NCBI GenBank assembly: GCA_044892505.1
Contig: CM097882.1
Span: forward strand, 97,278,001-97,342,000
Source: Schmidtea nova
Taxonomy: Eukaryota
DNA length: 64,000 nt
Direction of reading: 5' to 3'
Numbering within the stretch: the stretch's first letter is position 1; each line of letters opens with the position of its first letter. Of this stretch, positions 24,827 through 37,703 are shown one piece after another. Made by a program: the position numbers and the translations under genes. The notes beneath the pieces are model-generated. The model had not been told where the DNA came from. It worked only from the letters and a program-made list of their open reading frames with translations, and searched no databases.

Positions 24827-26002
24827 CAAGGTAATTCACGAGAAAGGTTGATAAGGATTATTTTATAATCAAAAATTTAAGCAGAAATCGCTTATTTTGT
24901 TATTTATTAATTATTTAATACTTAATTAATACTGTTACCAAGAAATCACAATTTTATATGTTTTTATATGTTATATTTTATATTTTATATTTTTTTATTT
25001 TTGTTTTTTTTTTAATTTTAGATTTAATAAAAGTTCTTGAACAAAGGTAGTGCCAAAATTCGAGACATTTTGATCTATTTATTTAACATGAAAATATATG
25101 ATATTGAAAAAAGATCAAATGTTTTTTAAACATTACATTAAAGATATTAATAATAATAAATCTTGTTGATTCTAAAAAGATTTTTTATTTAAATTGTTTG
25201 AATATTTTTATTTTGCGAAAACTGTTACCGGGAAAAACATGAGGAAGAAAAGATTTAATTACAAAATGTTCTGAATTTTGTAATAATATAAAAAGATTTA
25301 TTTTTCAGATAAAATAAAATCAAAGTTTTTCGCTTTTTTATAGATGGCACAGTTTCCATCCTACCCTTCTTTTTGCCTTGAAAATTCCCCCTAATTCTAA
25401 TTCTAATTCCAAATTCAAATCTATTATTTAAGTTTTCAATTATCTAATTCACATTTCTCTCTTTTAAAGTTTCTATTTTATCTTTCAGTAATGAAATTTT
25501 TTTCGTATTTTATTCAATTAGTGATAATTTTATTTTTTAAGTTTTCAGTTTGTTTAATTTTATTCAATTTTGTAAAAATTTCGAGAACTGGTTTACCTAT
25601 ACTCTTTAGTAATGTATTGTAAAGAATTTCTGCCATTGACTATTTGTTGTTTTTTTTTCAAATAAAAAAATGTTTATTTTTATAGAAATTAATTAAATGA
25701 AATTGACTATTTATTGTTTATTGCAATTGACTNNNNNNNNNNNNNNNNNNNNNNNNNNNNNNNNNNNNNNNNNNNNNNNNNNNNNNNNNNNNNNNNNNNN
25801 NNNNNNNNNNNNNNNNNNNNNNNNNNNNNNNNNNNNNNNNNNNNNNNNNNNNNNNNNNNNNNNNNNNNNNNNNNNNNNNNNNNNNNNNNNNNNNNNNNNN
25901 NNNNNNNNNNNNNNNNNNNNNNNNNNNNNNNNNACTATAGATCAAAATTTTTTTTTATAAACAATAACACAATATTTCGGCACAGCCTTTATCAAGAAAT
26001 AC

Positions 26003-26035
26003 ACACTTGATAAAGGCTGTGCCGAAATATTGTGT
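26003..26035 (+). ncRNA. Minimal type I hammerhead ribozyme motif, U3-A8 core variant (PLE-associated)
   Basis: ACAC-UUGAUAA-A-GGC(UGU)GCC-GAAA-UAU-U-GUGU; stem I extends via AAUA/UAUU; palindromic AUAU stem III. Confidence 0.7.
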
Positions 26036-26432
26036 TATTGTTTATAAAAAAAAATTTTGATCTATAGTCATTATGAGAATTATTGATAATAATAATAAAA
26101 AAAGATCAAAGGTNNNNNNNNNNNNNNNNNNNNNNNNNNNNNNNNNNNNNNNNNNNNNNNNNNNNNNNNNNNNNNNNNNNNNNNNNNNNNNNNNNNNNNN
26201 NNNNNNNNNNNNNNNNNNNNNNNNNNNNNNNNNNNNNNNNNNNNNNNNNNNNNNNNNNNNNNNNNNNNNNNNNNNNNNNNNNNNNNNNNNNNNNATTGTA
26301 CAGAGAATTGTAGCTTTATATATTCATAAGGCGGCAGACTCCTTATAATTTTTTGATAGCATAAGAACTAAATGTTGAAGATTTATAATTAAATAAGTAG
26401 AATTTGTTATATAAATTCTAATTGACTTGTAG

Positions 26433-26550
26433 AGCAACTCGATCGAATCGACGAGGGCATGGATAAAATCAACCAGGACATGAAGGATGCCGAGAAAAAT
26501 CTTGATGATTTGAATAAATGCTGCGGGCTGTGCATTTTGCCTTGGAACAA
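26433..26550 (+). CDS. snap25: SNAP-25 coding exon 4 ([39 protein letters not shown])
   Basis: ttgtAG acceptor, GTAATA donor, 118 nt; end of SNARE motif 1 plus the palmitoylation Cys cluster; phase matches exon 3. Confidence 0.97.
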
Positions 26551-27720
26551 GTAATAATTTGTTTTATAGTATTTTAATAATAACTGAATATTTAAATTTT
26601 TCATTTTCGAATCTGCACTGAAAAANNNNNNNNNNNNNNNNNNNNNNNNNNNNNNNNNNNNNNNNNNNNNNNNNNNNNNNNNNNNNNNNNNNNNNNNNNN
26701 NNNNNNNNNNNNNNNNNNNNNNNNNNNNNNNNNNNNNNNNNNNNNNNNNNNNNNNNNNNNNNNNNNNNNNTGGATATGAGTAAATATTCATTCAATATTT
26801 CACACCCTCCCGCCGAACATAGGCTAATTTGTCGCTTCCATCGGCCGAATGCTAGCCTTGCACGAACTACTTCATTATCTAATTGATGGACTTAATGAGG
26901 GATTAGCTGTGAATAAAACCGGGAGATTCAATTATTCCATAGAACTCCTGTTTGTTCGGTAGAAATTTCATAAATAATCGAGTTAGAATTGTCTCTCAGT
27001 CTGTTAATCGAAATCCACTGGAAAACCTTTTAGAAATTTTGAAAATAATTTTAATATATATTGTAATAAATGACAATTTTTATCATAAGATTTATTCACT
27101 AAATGCTTCTATTTTTGCCTATAAATTTTCCCGTTGATTGGACTTCGGTTTCTTTAATAACTTCTACGACTTGTTCGACTTCAGTAAAAACTTTAATGAT
27201 TTCGTTTGACATTATCAAATTGGATTTTGTAGCTTTCTACATCAATATTTTGAAATTGGAAAAGATTTATGTAAAAGAGACTAAATAAGCAATACGGTTT
27301 TAATATAATAATAAATTTAATATAAATTTAATAAATAAAATTTTAATTAGGCATCCCGAGTAAACTTTTCTAAACTTTTATTTCATTTAACAAAAGGAAA
27401 TAATACTCGGTGATTTCAATTTCTTTAATAATTTCTAAATGACCACGTATTTTCACGCAAAATGATGTTCCGTTTTGTCAGAATAGTGTAATATATTTAA
27501 AAAAAATATTTACTAGGAATTTTTTATAATAATAATTTTTATTTAAAAAATTTAATAAAGTAATCATAAAGTATTATAACATTTTACTTTAATATTATTT
27601 AGATGCGATCACACGTATATGTACAAATAAGTTATGAAAACCAACCATCAAAAACATGGGTTTTCAAACTCTCTCTCTCAAGTATTGCTCAAAGAATGAG
27701 CCAACAGCAATAATTAGGCT

Positions 27721-28014
27721 ATCTCATTAATCCGAAGTTAATGAATAAATAAGAATTTATATTGAAATAAGGAAATAACACTAGATTGGACATTTCAATA
27801 TTTTTTTTAATTAACCCACTTTCCGTGATAGGATCGATCTAAAGTTTTGACAGCATCGAAATCTACTTTTCTCGACATCGAATCTACTTGCCAAATCTCA
27901 GCTCAATCCGATCACGGAAAGTAGGTTAATTTGGCTTCACAAAATTTGCATGGCACATACAAACAAACAACCAACATACATACATCAGCGAAGTTAATAT
28001 AGAGAGAGTAAAAA
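27721..28014. mobile_element. Non-autonomous Helitron/Helentron-like repeat, copy 2
   Basis: Homologous to 24548-24826; inverted repeat at ~27811-27834 / 27906-27929; related fragment at ~61065-61170. Confidence 0.55.
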
Positions 28015-29130
28015 TGTCAATCCTTCTTTTACATATAAGTTGTAACCATCATTATTATTTTGCCAAACTAACTATTATAAGCATTACCGTTTCACCTAAA
28101 TTCTCGTTAGCAGCAAAAGATCATTTCCAAGTGTTTCTGAAACTAACCTAAAACGGATATATGCGTCAATGGGTTAATGATTATCTTGCTTCTGATAAAC
28201 GATAGCGTATAAATTTATTTTAATTGAAGTCAGGATTGGTTTATTCTGTTACTTGAATTTCATAGAAGGAACTGCTAAATCCACTATTTCGAAACTCCTT
28301 GAAATATTCTGGATGTGACGGGTCACCCATAAACAACGCCTCTGCTCATGAGAGTACACTTAGCCATAAATTTACGCGGTTAGATTGGTTCCTCAAAAAT
28401 GCCCTGGAAATCGAAACCGTACTGTTAGTAATTAAATATAAATTTTATTGAAAAAATATGTGTGTTGAATCTAAAGTAAAAGAATTTATATTACAAATTT
28501 CTTTTTAATAAAATAAATATATTTTGATATTATAAGAATGTAGTTTCCGCATTTCTTCAATCGTGTTAAACCGAAACCATGCAAATCGAGGGCTAAGTGT
28601 TTTGGATAGTTAAAATGTGAACAAGAGGAGCGGGATTAAAAGACCACAGAATTCCCGTAATCTAATAAGGTTTCTTGTTTAATGTGATATCCTACATGAA
28701 TAGATGGTTTCGGAATCAAGACTGTTGTAATACATTTAGAAACTATTTATGATAGTTTTAAAACATAAAATACAAGCTGAATTGACAGTTAGTTCTGAAA
28801 TTCTTAACTCTATTCTATGTAATTCACCTTCAACTTCTGCAATTGAGAATGGTGTTTAATGGCCTCCCGGTAGTTGGCAACTTGTGTCACTGGCTATGAT
28901 ATATGTATGTTAAAATTGAGTAAAGCAATGCCGGTCTATCGGATTTAGTTCGTTGTGAGGTGCCAAATTTAGTTCTTTCTTGAAAAAAAAGGGAAAAACT
29001 AAACAAGAGAAGATAGTTTAAAAAATTTACATTTTTGTGAAAGTTCTTTGTGGAAAATCCTTTATAAATAAAAATACGTTAAATTAAATTTACCAATCGA
29101 AAGATCACATAAAAATTAATTAGTTTAAAG

Positions 29131-29340
29131 CAATGGTTTTTAACCTGTGGTGCGCGTACCCCTGGGAGTGCGAGAGAATTTTATAACGCTGTAAATCTTT
29201 TAATTTGTTTAATGCAAAAAAATAAACTATCTTGCAATAAATGTATTTTCCTAAGTAAAAATTAAAAACACATTTTTTTGAAGGGGTGAGAGAGCTTGTT
29301 TTCAGATTCAAAGGGGTGCTGACAACTTAAAAGGTTAAAT
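29131..29340. mobile_element. hAT MITE, degenerate
   Basis: CAATGGTTTTTAACCTG start, AAAGGTTAAA end, GGGGTG subterminal motifs. Confidence 0.6.
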
Positions 29341-29634
29341 TAAATAAAAATTTGAAGATTTTATTAAATCATACTTCTTATATTAGATAGTGATTAAAAT
29401 TAATAGGAGAATACAGAGGAATCAAAATAGTATCACAAGCCGACACTAATAATCACAAGTTGTAACAGGTAGTATGTTTACTATGAATGGGAGCAATAAA
29501 TTTCATCACTGACAAAATAATATTTTTTTAATGATGTCGGTTTTCTGTACAAGATTATTCTGTGTTAGTTCAGGTAAAGAATTAGGATGAGCTGTGTTGT
29601 TTCCTACGTGGTCCGGATCAAGTTGGGTGTTTAA

Positions 29635-29859
29635 CACTAGACATACCAGAGTGGTCAAATGACCGCTTTTTATACTTTGATCAAAATTTTTAAATTCAAT
29701 ATTTTCAACTTTTTATGACTTTTCCTGTAATATTTAAATATTTAATTTTTCAATATCAATCTCTCTTTTTCTTTCGTTGTTGCTGATAATCTTATCCACT
29801 CTACCGTTATCTACCGTGAGTGATATTTTACTAAATATAAAATTCCGGTAGGTTTAGTG
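29635..29859. mobile_element. piggyBac-type MITE
   Basis: TTAA duplicated at 29631-29634 and 29860-29863; TIRs CACTAGACATACC / GGTAGGTTTAGTG. Confidence 0.82.
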
Positions 29860-30197
29860 TTAATGAATATTGTTATTTTCCTTATTTTATATTCATAATT
29901 AAAACTTAAATTATCTCTTATGCATAATTTTAAATTTTTTATAAAATAAATAATTAAGGTAATAAAAATTAATTAATAGACATATTTTTTATTTTCAAAA
30001 TTTTTATGGTTAACCAGTAAAAAATCAAAAAATTATTTATATTCATATATGGTATCTTAATATTACGGGATGAATAATGTTCCGAGTATTCGGGAATATG
30101 TTTTTCGGCACACCAGAATTAGTTCTGGATATGTGTAGGCTGTCATCAGTTATACTTACGGCTTTAGGATAGTTGAAAAATATTGTATCATCTATAC

Positions 30198-30433
30198 CAG
30201 TGGTTTCCAAACTTTATTTTACCAGAAGTCCCTTAAAAATATTTAATCATATAGCGCCTCTCTTCCATTTTATAAAATACTACAAACACAAGGGTAGCAT
30301 CAGCAACATAGTAGTTAATATGTACCTATATGTTACGTATTGTATTAGCTGCACGTGCACTTTTTTGTCAATCCTGGCTAATATTTGCACCTCCCTTTAG
30401 ACTAGTCCATGTCTCCCAGTTTGGAAAACGCTT
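30198..30433. mobile_element. hAT MITE, degenerate
   Basis: CAGTGGTTTCCAAACT / AGTTTGGAAAACGCTT ends; imperfect TSD ATCTATAC / ATCTACTC. Confidence 0.6.
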
Positions 30434-31439
30434 ATCTACTCAATATGAACAATAGACTTAATTGGATAATGTATGTATATTTTTGTTGAAATCCCTATAA
30501 TTATTAACACCTCGGTGATTTTAAACGCAAATATTGTAGAACATGAGGTTCAGATGAACTAAATTGAAAATAACTATATACTTACTAAGAAAGAAAAGGA
30601 AAGAGAATATTCAGAAAAAGGTGATAAGTCAATTTGAAAGAATTTCGTATTGGAAATAGAAATATTTCATCAAATAAACATTGCAGAGAAATGCTTAACA
30701 CGTCTACCTTATTATTACACATATATAATAATATTCCATTAAGACAACAAATAAATAAAAATGACTTACGTTCCGTTGCTACTGGTAAGTCTGACCGTGT
30801 ATTTGCGATAAATATAAATGAGGGCGGTGCAAAATTATTTTTTCTTTTTGTCCCGACAGCTCACATCCACCTGTTTAACTATTTATACCAAAGCTATGAA
30901 GGTACATTATATGAGTTGTTTTTCGAAATACCTCATTTCTATAACTAATGTTGAACAAGAGAGCTTAGTAAGTTATCAGAAAATCATAATATTCTTTTAG
31001 CGATGTTACTTGATTTTGCCGTCAACATCTTTAATTTTGGTCACCTTTGCCTGTTTTTTCAAATTCAGATATTTTCATATTTTAGAAGAAATAAACATTT
31101 GAAAAGGGCAGTGCCGACAATTTGTGTTCGAATTAAAAAATCTTTGATCTATTGTCTTAAAAAATACAGTAAAATTTCTATTATCAAAATTTTTTGGAAT
31201 TACTTTTTTCAAATGATTCGGATATGGAAACATAAAGTTATACAATTTTTTTTGATAAATTCCATTATTTTCATTTGTTTACATTCCTCTCTCCTTTTCA
31301 GTCTTCATATTATGAACAATAATTGTATTCAAATTTTCATATTTAACCATTTTATTATAATATCTTTAGCTTTAATCGCTTCACAACGTAAAACTTTGCC
31401 CCCAAAAATTTTGATTGACTTTTGATTGTCATTTGATTT

Positions 31440-33120
31440 AGTGTCACCTTCAAAACCATTCAACGCCATTTCTACAATCTCAACGCTCAAGGTTGCTCTT
31501 GTAAATCACACTTCGTTCATGAATAAATATCCAACCGCATCTCCTGAAAATCCAAATCTTCAAATCAAATAAATTCATCCGACTTATCTTTAAACGGATC
31601 AACCTTTGAATTTTAATAGTTCCAGCTTTATTTGCACATAGCGTAAAAGTTGTTCTAACCTTTTTTATTTTGTAACCAAGTGCTCTCATCTCTTTACTAT
31701 AAGCCGTTGTTTTCCCAGCAGTGTCTTCCAAAAAGGCTCGTTTTTATCCCCCTTAAAAATAAAATCATTGCATACTTTTACGAATTCAATAAAAGCTTTG
31801 GACCAACCTGTTTTTTGACCCATTGGGTCAAAAAACCGGGTTGAATAAAAATTAAATAAAAATGATATTTATTGAAATTTTAACAGGGCAAAATACATAT
31901 TAATTAATTTTTTAATCCCCTTAAAATGGATATCGATAGAATAATTAAAATGAATGAAGAAGAACTCATATATTTTATGAAAGACAATGGCATGTTAGCG
32001 AATGAATTAAAATGCTCTTCTTACCAAAAAGAAATGATACTAGTAAAGACAAAAAGAAATTATGATGGTATGTGTTGGAGATGCCGATTATCTGAGTTTA
32101 GAAAACGAGATTATTATGTTTCGGTTAGAGAAAATAGTTTTTTTGAGAAGATGAGGATACCTCTCAAAGAAATTTTAAAATTTCTATTTTATTGGTCGAA
32201 AGGGTTGCAAAGTGCTGAAATTTTGAAGTTTGTGAAAATTAAAGAAGATTCAATACGAAAGCTAAGACGATTGCTTATTTCAGCAATCAAAATCCATAAC
32301 GAAGCGCGTCGTTTTATGTTAGGAGGTCCAGGAAAGCTCGTGCAGGTAGACGAAACCATGCTGAATCACAAGGTGAAGGCACATAGAGGAAAAGCCCCAA
32401 AAAACAAATTTGGGCATTGGGTATTGTTGATTGCTCTTTTTCACCAGCGAAAGGCTACATGTGCCTTGTTCCTGATAAGAAAGCTGAAACTATAATACCA
32501 ATTATAAAGAAATATGTGAGAAAAGGTTCAATTATCCATACAGATGAGGCAAAAATCTATAGCCAAGTAGATAAAAAGGCATCTTATGAACACAAATCAA
32601 TTGTTCATAAATATAAATTCGTGGATTATAAAAATGGAGTTCACACCCAGAACATCGAAAGTTACAATAACAAAATAAAGCTAAAGATAAAAGAAATGGG
32701 GGTATAAAAAAAGATTGCCGAGAAGATTTTCTTGTGGAGTTTATGTGGTTGGATAATAACAAAAATGATTGTTTTGAAAAAACATTACATTTGATTAAAA
32801 AGTTCTAAGTTATTAATTTGTTATGTTATTAATGTTTAAAAGATATTTTCTGATTTTATTTTAAATAATAATATAAGTTATAATTTATTTATAAAAAAAA
32901 TTTCTGGGTCAAAAAATCGGGTTGATATCGAAATGGGTCAAAAAGTCGGGATGATCCAAAGCTTTTTCAGTAAAAATAAAATTGTCAATTTTATCTGTAT
33001 CGGCAAATGAAGATTCACTAGTTATCTGAAGTTCCTGAATATCATGCGCACTTTTAAAATTATGCAATCACCCATCGCTTAATTTTATGTCTTCCCTACC
33101 ACCCATTTCTTCATTAAAAA
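31440..33120 (-). mobile_element. Tigger-like transposase relic split by the Merlin element
   Basis: Right of Merlin: LSDG*LHNFKSAHDIQELQITSE..AD; left of Merlin: FWKTLL..KKVRTTFTLCANKAGTIK...VIYKSN. Confidence 0.75.
31800..32957 (+). mobile_element. Merlin (IS1016/ISXO2-like DDE) transposon, full length with a frameshift and a stop
   Basis: GG-starting TIRs GGACCAACC..TTTTTGACCCATT / AATGGGTCAAAAAGTCGGGATGATCC; 8-bp TSD AAAGCTTT; ORF from 31926 with GGPGKLVQVDET, IIHTDE, VHTQNIES. Confidence 0.95.
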
Positions 33121-33124
33121 TAGA

Positions 33125-33970
33125 GCCTTTTTGCACAATATAGAGATTACCTTTCTTAAATGACACTACAGCCAATAAAATCACCAACATTTTTGACCAT
33201 ACAGATTTGCTATCCACATCCGTCTTACTTTCATAACCTCCGCACCGTTAAAATCACAACTCCGAAAGCCACCGATTTCCAACATCTCCAAACATAAATG
33301 TATTTGCCGTTCCATAACCAGATGCTTTTGCTTTTCCAAAAATATAGTATATAAACTTTCTTGTCAAAGATTTGACGCTACTTACATAGGAGAAACACAT
33401 AGAACTTTTCGCACCCGATTTAATGAACGTACTAAAAACAAAACCAGTAATTATTAGGAACACTGGGAAAAGTACATAAAACAACTTCATTTATAGAAGA
33501 AACGAAATGCCAGATTCTACAAGAGGGATTCAAAGATTCATTACAAAGATTAGCTTCCGAGACTTTTTACATCAAAAAATATCAAACCGTCAATCAACAT
33601 TCAATTCGCACAAAAAAATCATGTTTATAAAGAATATTAAAATAATTTTTTTCCATCCAATAAGATCTTTATAAAATATAAAATAAATAATTAAGGTTAC
33701 TATTTATGATTAAGTTAATATAAGGATTGAAATACACACTTGATAAAGGCTCTGTCGAAATATTGCGTACTTGTTTAAAGAAATTTTGATCTATAGTCTT
33801 AGCATTATGGGAATTATTTATATTAAAATAATTAAGTTGTTCTTGTAATCAATAATAAATTTTGAATTAAAATTTTATTTGCTATGTTCTCTCAATTAAT
33901 CCCCATTTAAACTAAATTAAGAGGTGCTATGTTGGCTCGTACGTCGAGAGTTCCCGATTTGTTGGAGGTT
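33125..33970 (+). mobile_element. Penelope-like element 3' part: GIY-YIG endonuclease, pLTR and hammerhead motif
   Basis: IVYKLSCQRFDATYIGETHRTFRTRFNE at ~33343; hammerhead-like motif at 33736-33768. Confidence 0.85.
33736..33768 (+). ncRNA. Hammerhead motif, U3-A8 variant, slightly degenerate
   Basis: ACAC-UUGAUAA-A-GGC(UCU)GUC-GAAA-UAU-U-GCGU; one G-U pair in stem II and one mismatch in stem I. Confidence 0.6.
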
Positions 33971-35822
33971 TAATAGTATTTAATAGTATTTAATAGTATT
34001 TAAATAATAATAATAATATTATTTATTTATTATTTATTTATATAATTTATTATATAATAGTATTTAATAGTATTATCATATAATAATAATATTAATAATA
34101 ATAATAATAATATTAATAATAATATTAATAATTTCATTCAATTTTGTGAACACATATAAATCCCGAAGGCCGCTTGAAATTACCAAAGTAATTGTTTTTT
34201 CTAATCAATTTAAACGGACAATTGTGAATAATTGATTTTTAAATAGAGAAATGGAAAAAGCAAATTCTCTGTGAAATCCTCGCACCTTAGAGTTCCATTA
34301 TCGATTACAGACATTTCCTGTATCATACGCTCACTAGCTCATCTGTTAATTTGTCAGATTTTCGGGTTTTTTTCATGTGCTCTACAAATTTTGGTTTTGC
34401 ATTAATAAAACGAAATTTGACTGAGTAATAAATAAATAAAACTCTTATCCTTCCAATAGGATGTATTGATTTTATCGATTATTTCCCATTGAATAAAATT
34501 ATTGATTTCAATTAATTTCATCATTCAAAGACAAAAATGAAAAAAAATATTGATTTGAATTTAGAAAAAAAATAGTTTTCTTTTAAATAAGTTTATATAC
34601 TACTTTTTAACAATAAGTTCATAACCAATAAAGTTTTGACTTCGAGTCAAGAGGACGGAAAAAAGAAGANNNNNNNNNNNNNNNNNNNNNNNNNNNNNNN
34701 NNNNNNNNNNNNNNNNNNNNNNNNNNNNNNNNNNNNNNNNNNNNNNNNNNNNNNNNNNNNNNNNNNNNNNNNNNNNNNNNNNNNNNNNNNNNNNNNNNNN
34801 NNNNNNNNNNNNNNNNNNNNNNNNNNNNNNNNNNNNNNNNNNNNNNNNATTTCATCTTTAATGTAAATTCAAATTAATAATTTTTATTCATTATTTTCAT
34901 TTTTATCTGGAATTCTTGATAAGCGATCAGCAGCAAAATTTGATTTTTCTTATTAGGTATTTAACTTGACTGCCTTACAACTATTATTAAACTGTCCAAT
35001 TTTACGTATCTTATCAAATAGTGGCTTCCAGGGGCGTTGACAGGTCTTTTCTAAAAGGGAGAGAGCAGAAAATATATTTTCGTAAATCATTTATTGTGAA
35101 ATTTTCAACAAATGCTTACTAAAAATTATTCTAGTATTAAATTTTCTCGTATTAATAAAAGATGTAGAATTTATATTTACTTATGTAATAAAAATATTTA
35201 TACAAATACCAAATTGTTAATAGAGAAGATCAAGAGTTGTGAGTAGTGTTCTGTCTACACCATCAGACCTCTCTCCCACTTAAAATCAAATTTTAAGGTA
35301 AAAAAGCATGTCAAGTTCGTTTTAAGGACAAATTTTAAGACTAAGTTCGATTTAAGGTCATCATTAGGACAAAGTGGTGCTAAAAATCACAATTAGTTAC
35401 AAGATTTAAGCTATGTTAAAACATAATATATTTCTTAAGTAGTCATTATTAACACGAAGACTTTAAAATTTGTACACAAAAATTAATTCTCTTAAAGATG
35501 GTTTGAATATAGTTTTGTCTACATTTTGTCTACGCATGTTTTTTGGAAATATATTTAGAATATTTTCTGTAATATAGAATTTACTATAATAAACCTAAAA
35601 TTTATTTTTCCCTAAATGTTTTGTTTTTAAATTGTATAAGAACAAATCACCAAATAAAAANNNNNNNNNNNNNNNNNNNNNNNNNNNNNNNNNNNNNNNN
35701 NNNNNNNNNNNNNNNNNNNNNNNNNNNNNNNNNNNNNNNNNNNNNNNNNNNNNNNNNNNNNNNNNNNNNNNNNNNNNNNNNNNNNNNNNNNNNNNNNNNN
35801 NNNNNNNNNNNNNNNNNNNNNN

Positions 35823-36430
35823 CTTGGTAGCAGCATTAAGTATTAAATTAATTAATAAATAAGTAACAAAATAAGCCTTTGCTGCAAAAACAATTTTATT
35901 AAGTGAGAAAATTTTCGATTATAAAATAATCCTCGTCAATCTCTAATTTGGCATATAACTGGTATCTTCATTCATTGTGCTGTTTTTTTTTCTCGTGAAT
36001 TATCTTCCTTTTCACTGGATGGTAATCTGATTAATATAAATTTTAAATTGTTTTCTAAATGTTTTTTGTTAAAAATTTTAAATATAAAATTTAAAAAATT
36101 TTTCTAAAATTTTTTTCCTTTTATTCTATTTTTAATTTTTTTTCCAACCCTTTATATTTGAATTTTTTTTGAATTTAATTATATCTCTTTTAAATGCACT
36201 TGTATTCTCTGTATTTTCTCTTTTCTTCCCCATTTTTTCATTTTCTTCATTTTTTCTTTATGTTTTTAACAAGATAGTACGTGGCCGATTTCGCTAACTT
36301 CCTCTTTAGAGTTTATTTTTGGGGTTTGTCTCTAATGAGAATAGCTTATTTAAGCCTGAGATTTCTTTTTTTCGTCATTTTCGCTTGTCAATATTCTTAC
36401 TGATATTATTTTTTTCCCTTATTTTCCACC
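35823..36430 (-). mobile_element. Penelope-like 3' fragment inserted in the left arm of the Polinton derivative
   Basis: High similarity to 57052-57620 and, inverted, to 23985-24400. Confidence 0.75.
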
Positions 36431-36681
36431 TGACATTGTAATAATAATAAATATAATAATAAAAATAAAAATAAAAGTTTAAAATTATATTAAAACCACG
36501 GGTTACTAAATTAAAAACTTCACTATAAAAACTCCAACAGGTCACTATACTAAAATTGTTAACCAATAAAAAGAAAATAAATATCACAGGTCATTATATA
36601 AAAGAAAATAAATGATATAAACAAAAATTATATTCTATCCAAATTATATATTTAGACTTGATCCCCTTCATCCGGTACATG

Positions 36682-37255
36682 TTAATGGTTATAGTTTGAT
36701 TGATAATTTTCATTCATGGTATGTGAATTAAAGTCTGTATTGTCATTAATTTGTAATCGAAGATTTGAATCGGAATTTGATTGAAGATTATCTATAATAG
36801 AATTAACTATTCTATAATGCCCATATGCATAGCTAATGTTCGGACCCACCCATTTACGCTTATCGTCTTTATTTGATAGAGATAATTTATTATTTTTAAT
36901 TGTGTACAACTGGTGGTTTTTACTAGTGATTCGAGTTTGTGGTACCACAAACATCGGATTATTATGATAACAATCCAGGTATGATGAGTTAATTCAAGGC
37001 CTTTCATTGTTACCCCTTTAGATTTCATGTTATCTACGCCCAAACTATAACATTTCGGCCTAAGGAATACTCACTCATAATATTTGAGTATTTTTTTCCT
37101 CATCTTTGAACTTGTCAAGATCTTTAGAATATAATTGATAAGTATTGCCATAATTCGATGTATCGATTAAACGCTCTCGAACCATTGCCGGTAAAAGCAC
37201 ATCTAGTTTACAGCCTTTAATTTGCAAAAAGAAAGAATCTGTGTACATCGGTGGG
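36682..37255 (-). pseudogene. pPolB C-terminal fragment (motif C to the end)
   Basis: MYTDSFFL..IDTSNY..DKFKDE..LRPKCYS..KSKGV..SKNHQLYTIKNNKLSLSNKDDKR..YAYGHYRI. Confidence 0.88.
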
Positions 37256-37621
37256 ACTGAACATTAGCATTATAGAATAGTTAATTCTAATTTAGATAAT
37301 CTTCAATCAAATTCCGAAGAAGATTCATAACCACAATTACAAATTCACGACAATAGACTTGAATTCACATATCGTGGATGAAAATTATCAATCAAAATAT
37401 TACCATCTACATTTCCCGGATGAAGGGGATCAAGTCTAAATATATAAGTTGTATAGAATATAATTTTGTTAATTTCATTTGTTTTTTTTATATAATGACC
37501 TGTGATATTTATTTTCTTTTTAGTGGTTAACAATGTTTAGTATAGTGACCTGTTGGAGTTTTTATAGTGAAGTTTTTAATTTAGTAACCTGTTGTTTTAA
37601 TATAATTTTAAACTTTTTTTG

Positions 37622-37627
37622 TTATTA

Positions 37628-37702
<75 letters not shown>
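37622..37702. repeat. (ATT)n microsatellite within the right Polinton arm
   Basis: Direct reading. Confidence 0.95.

Positions 37703-37703
<1 letters not shown>

Noticed and set aside
30540-31000. Degenerate transposase-like frames
   Set aside because: Resemblance to hAT motifs too weak to assign a family.
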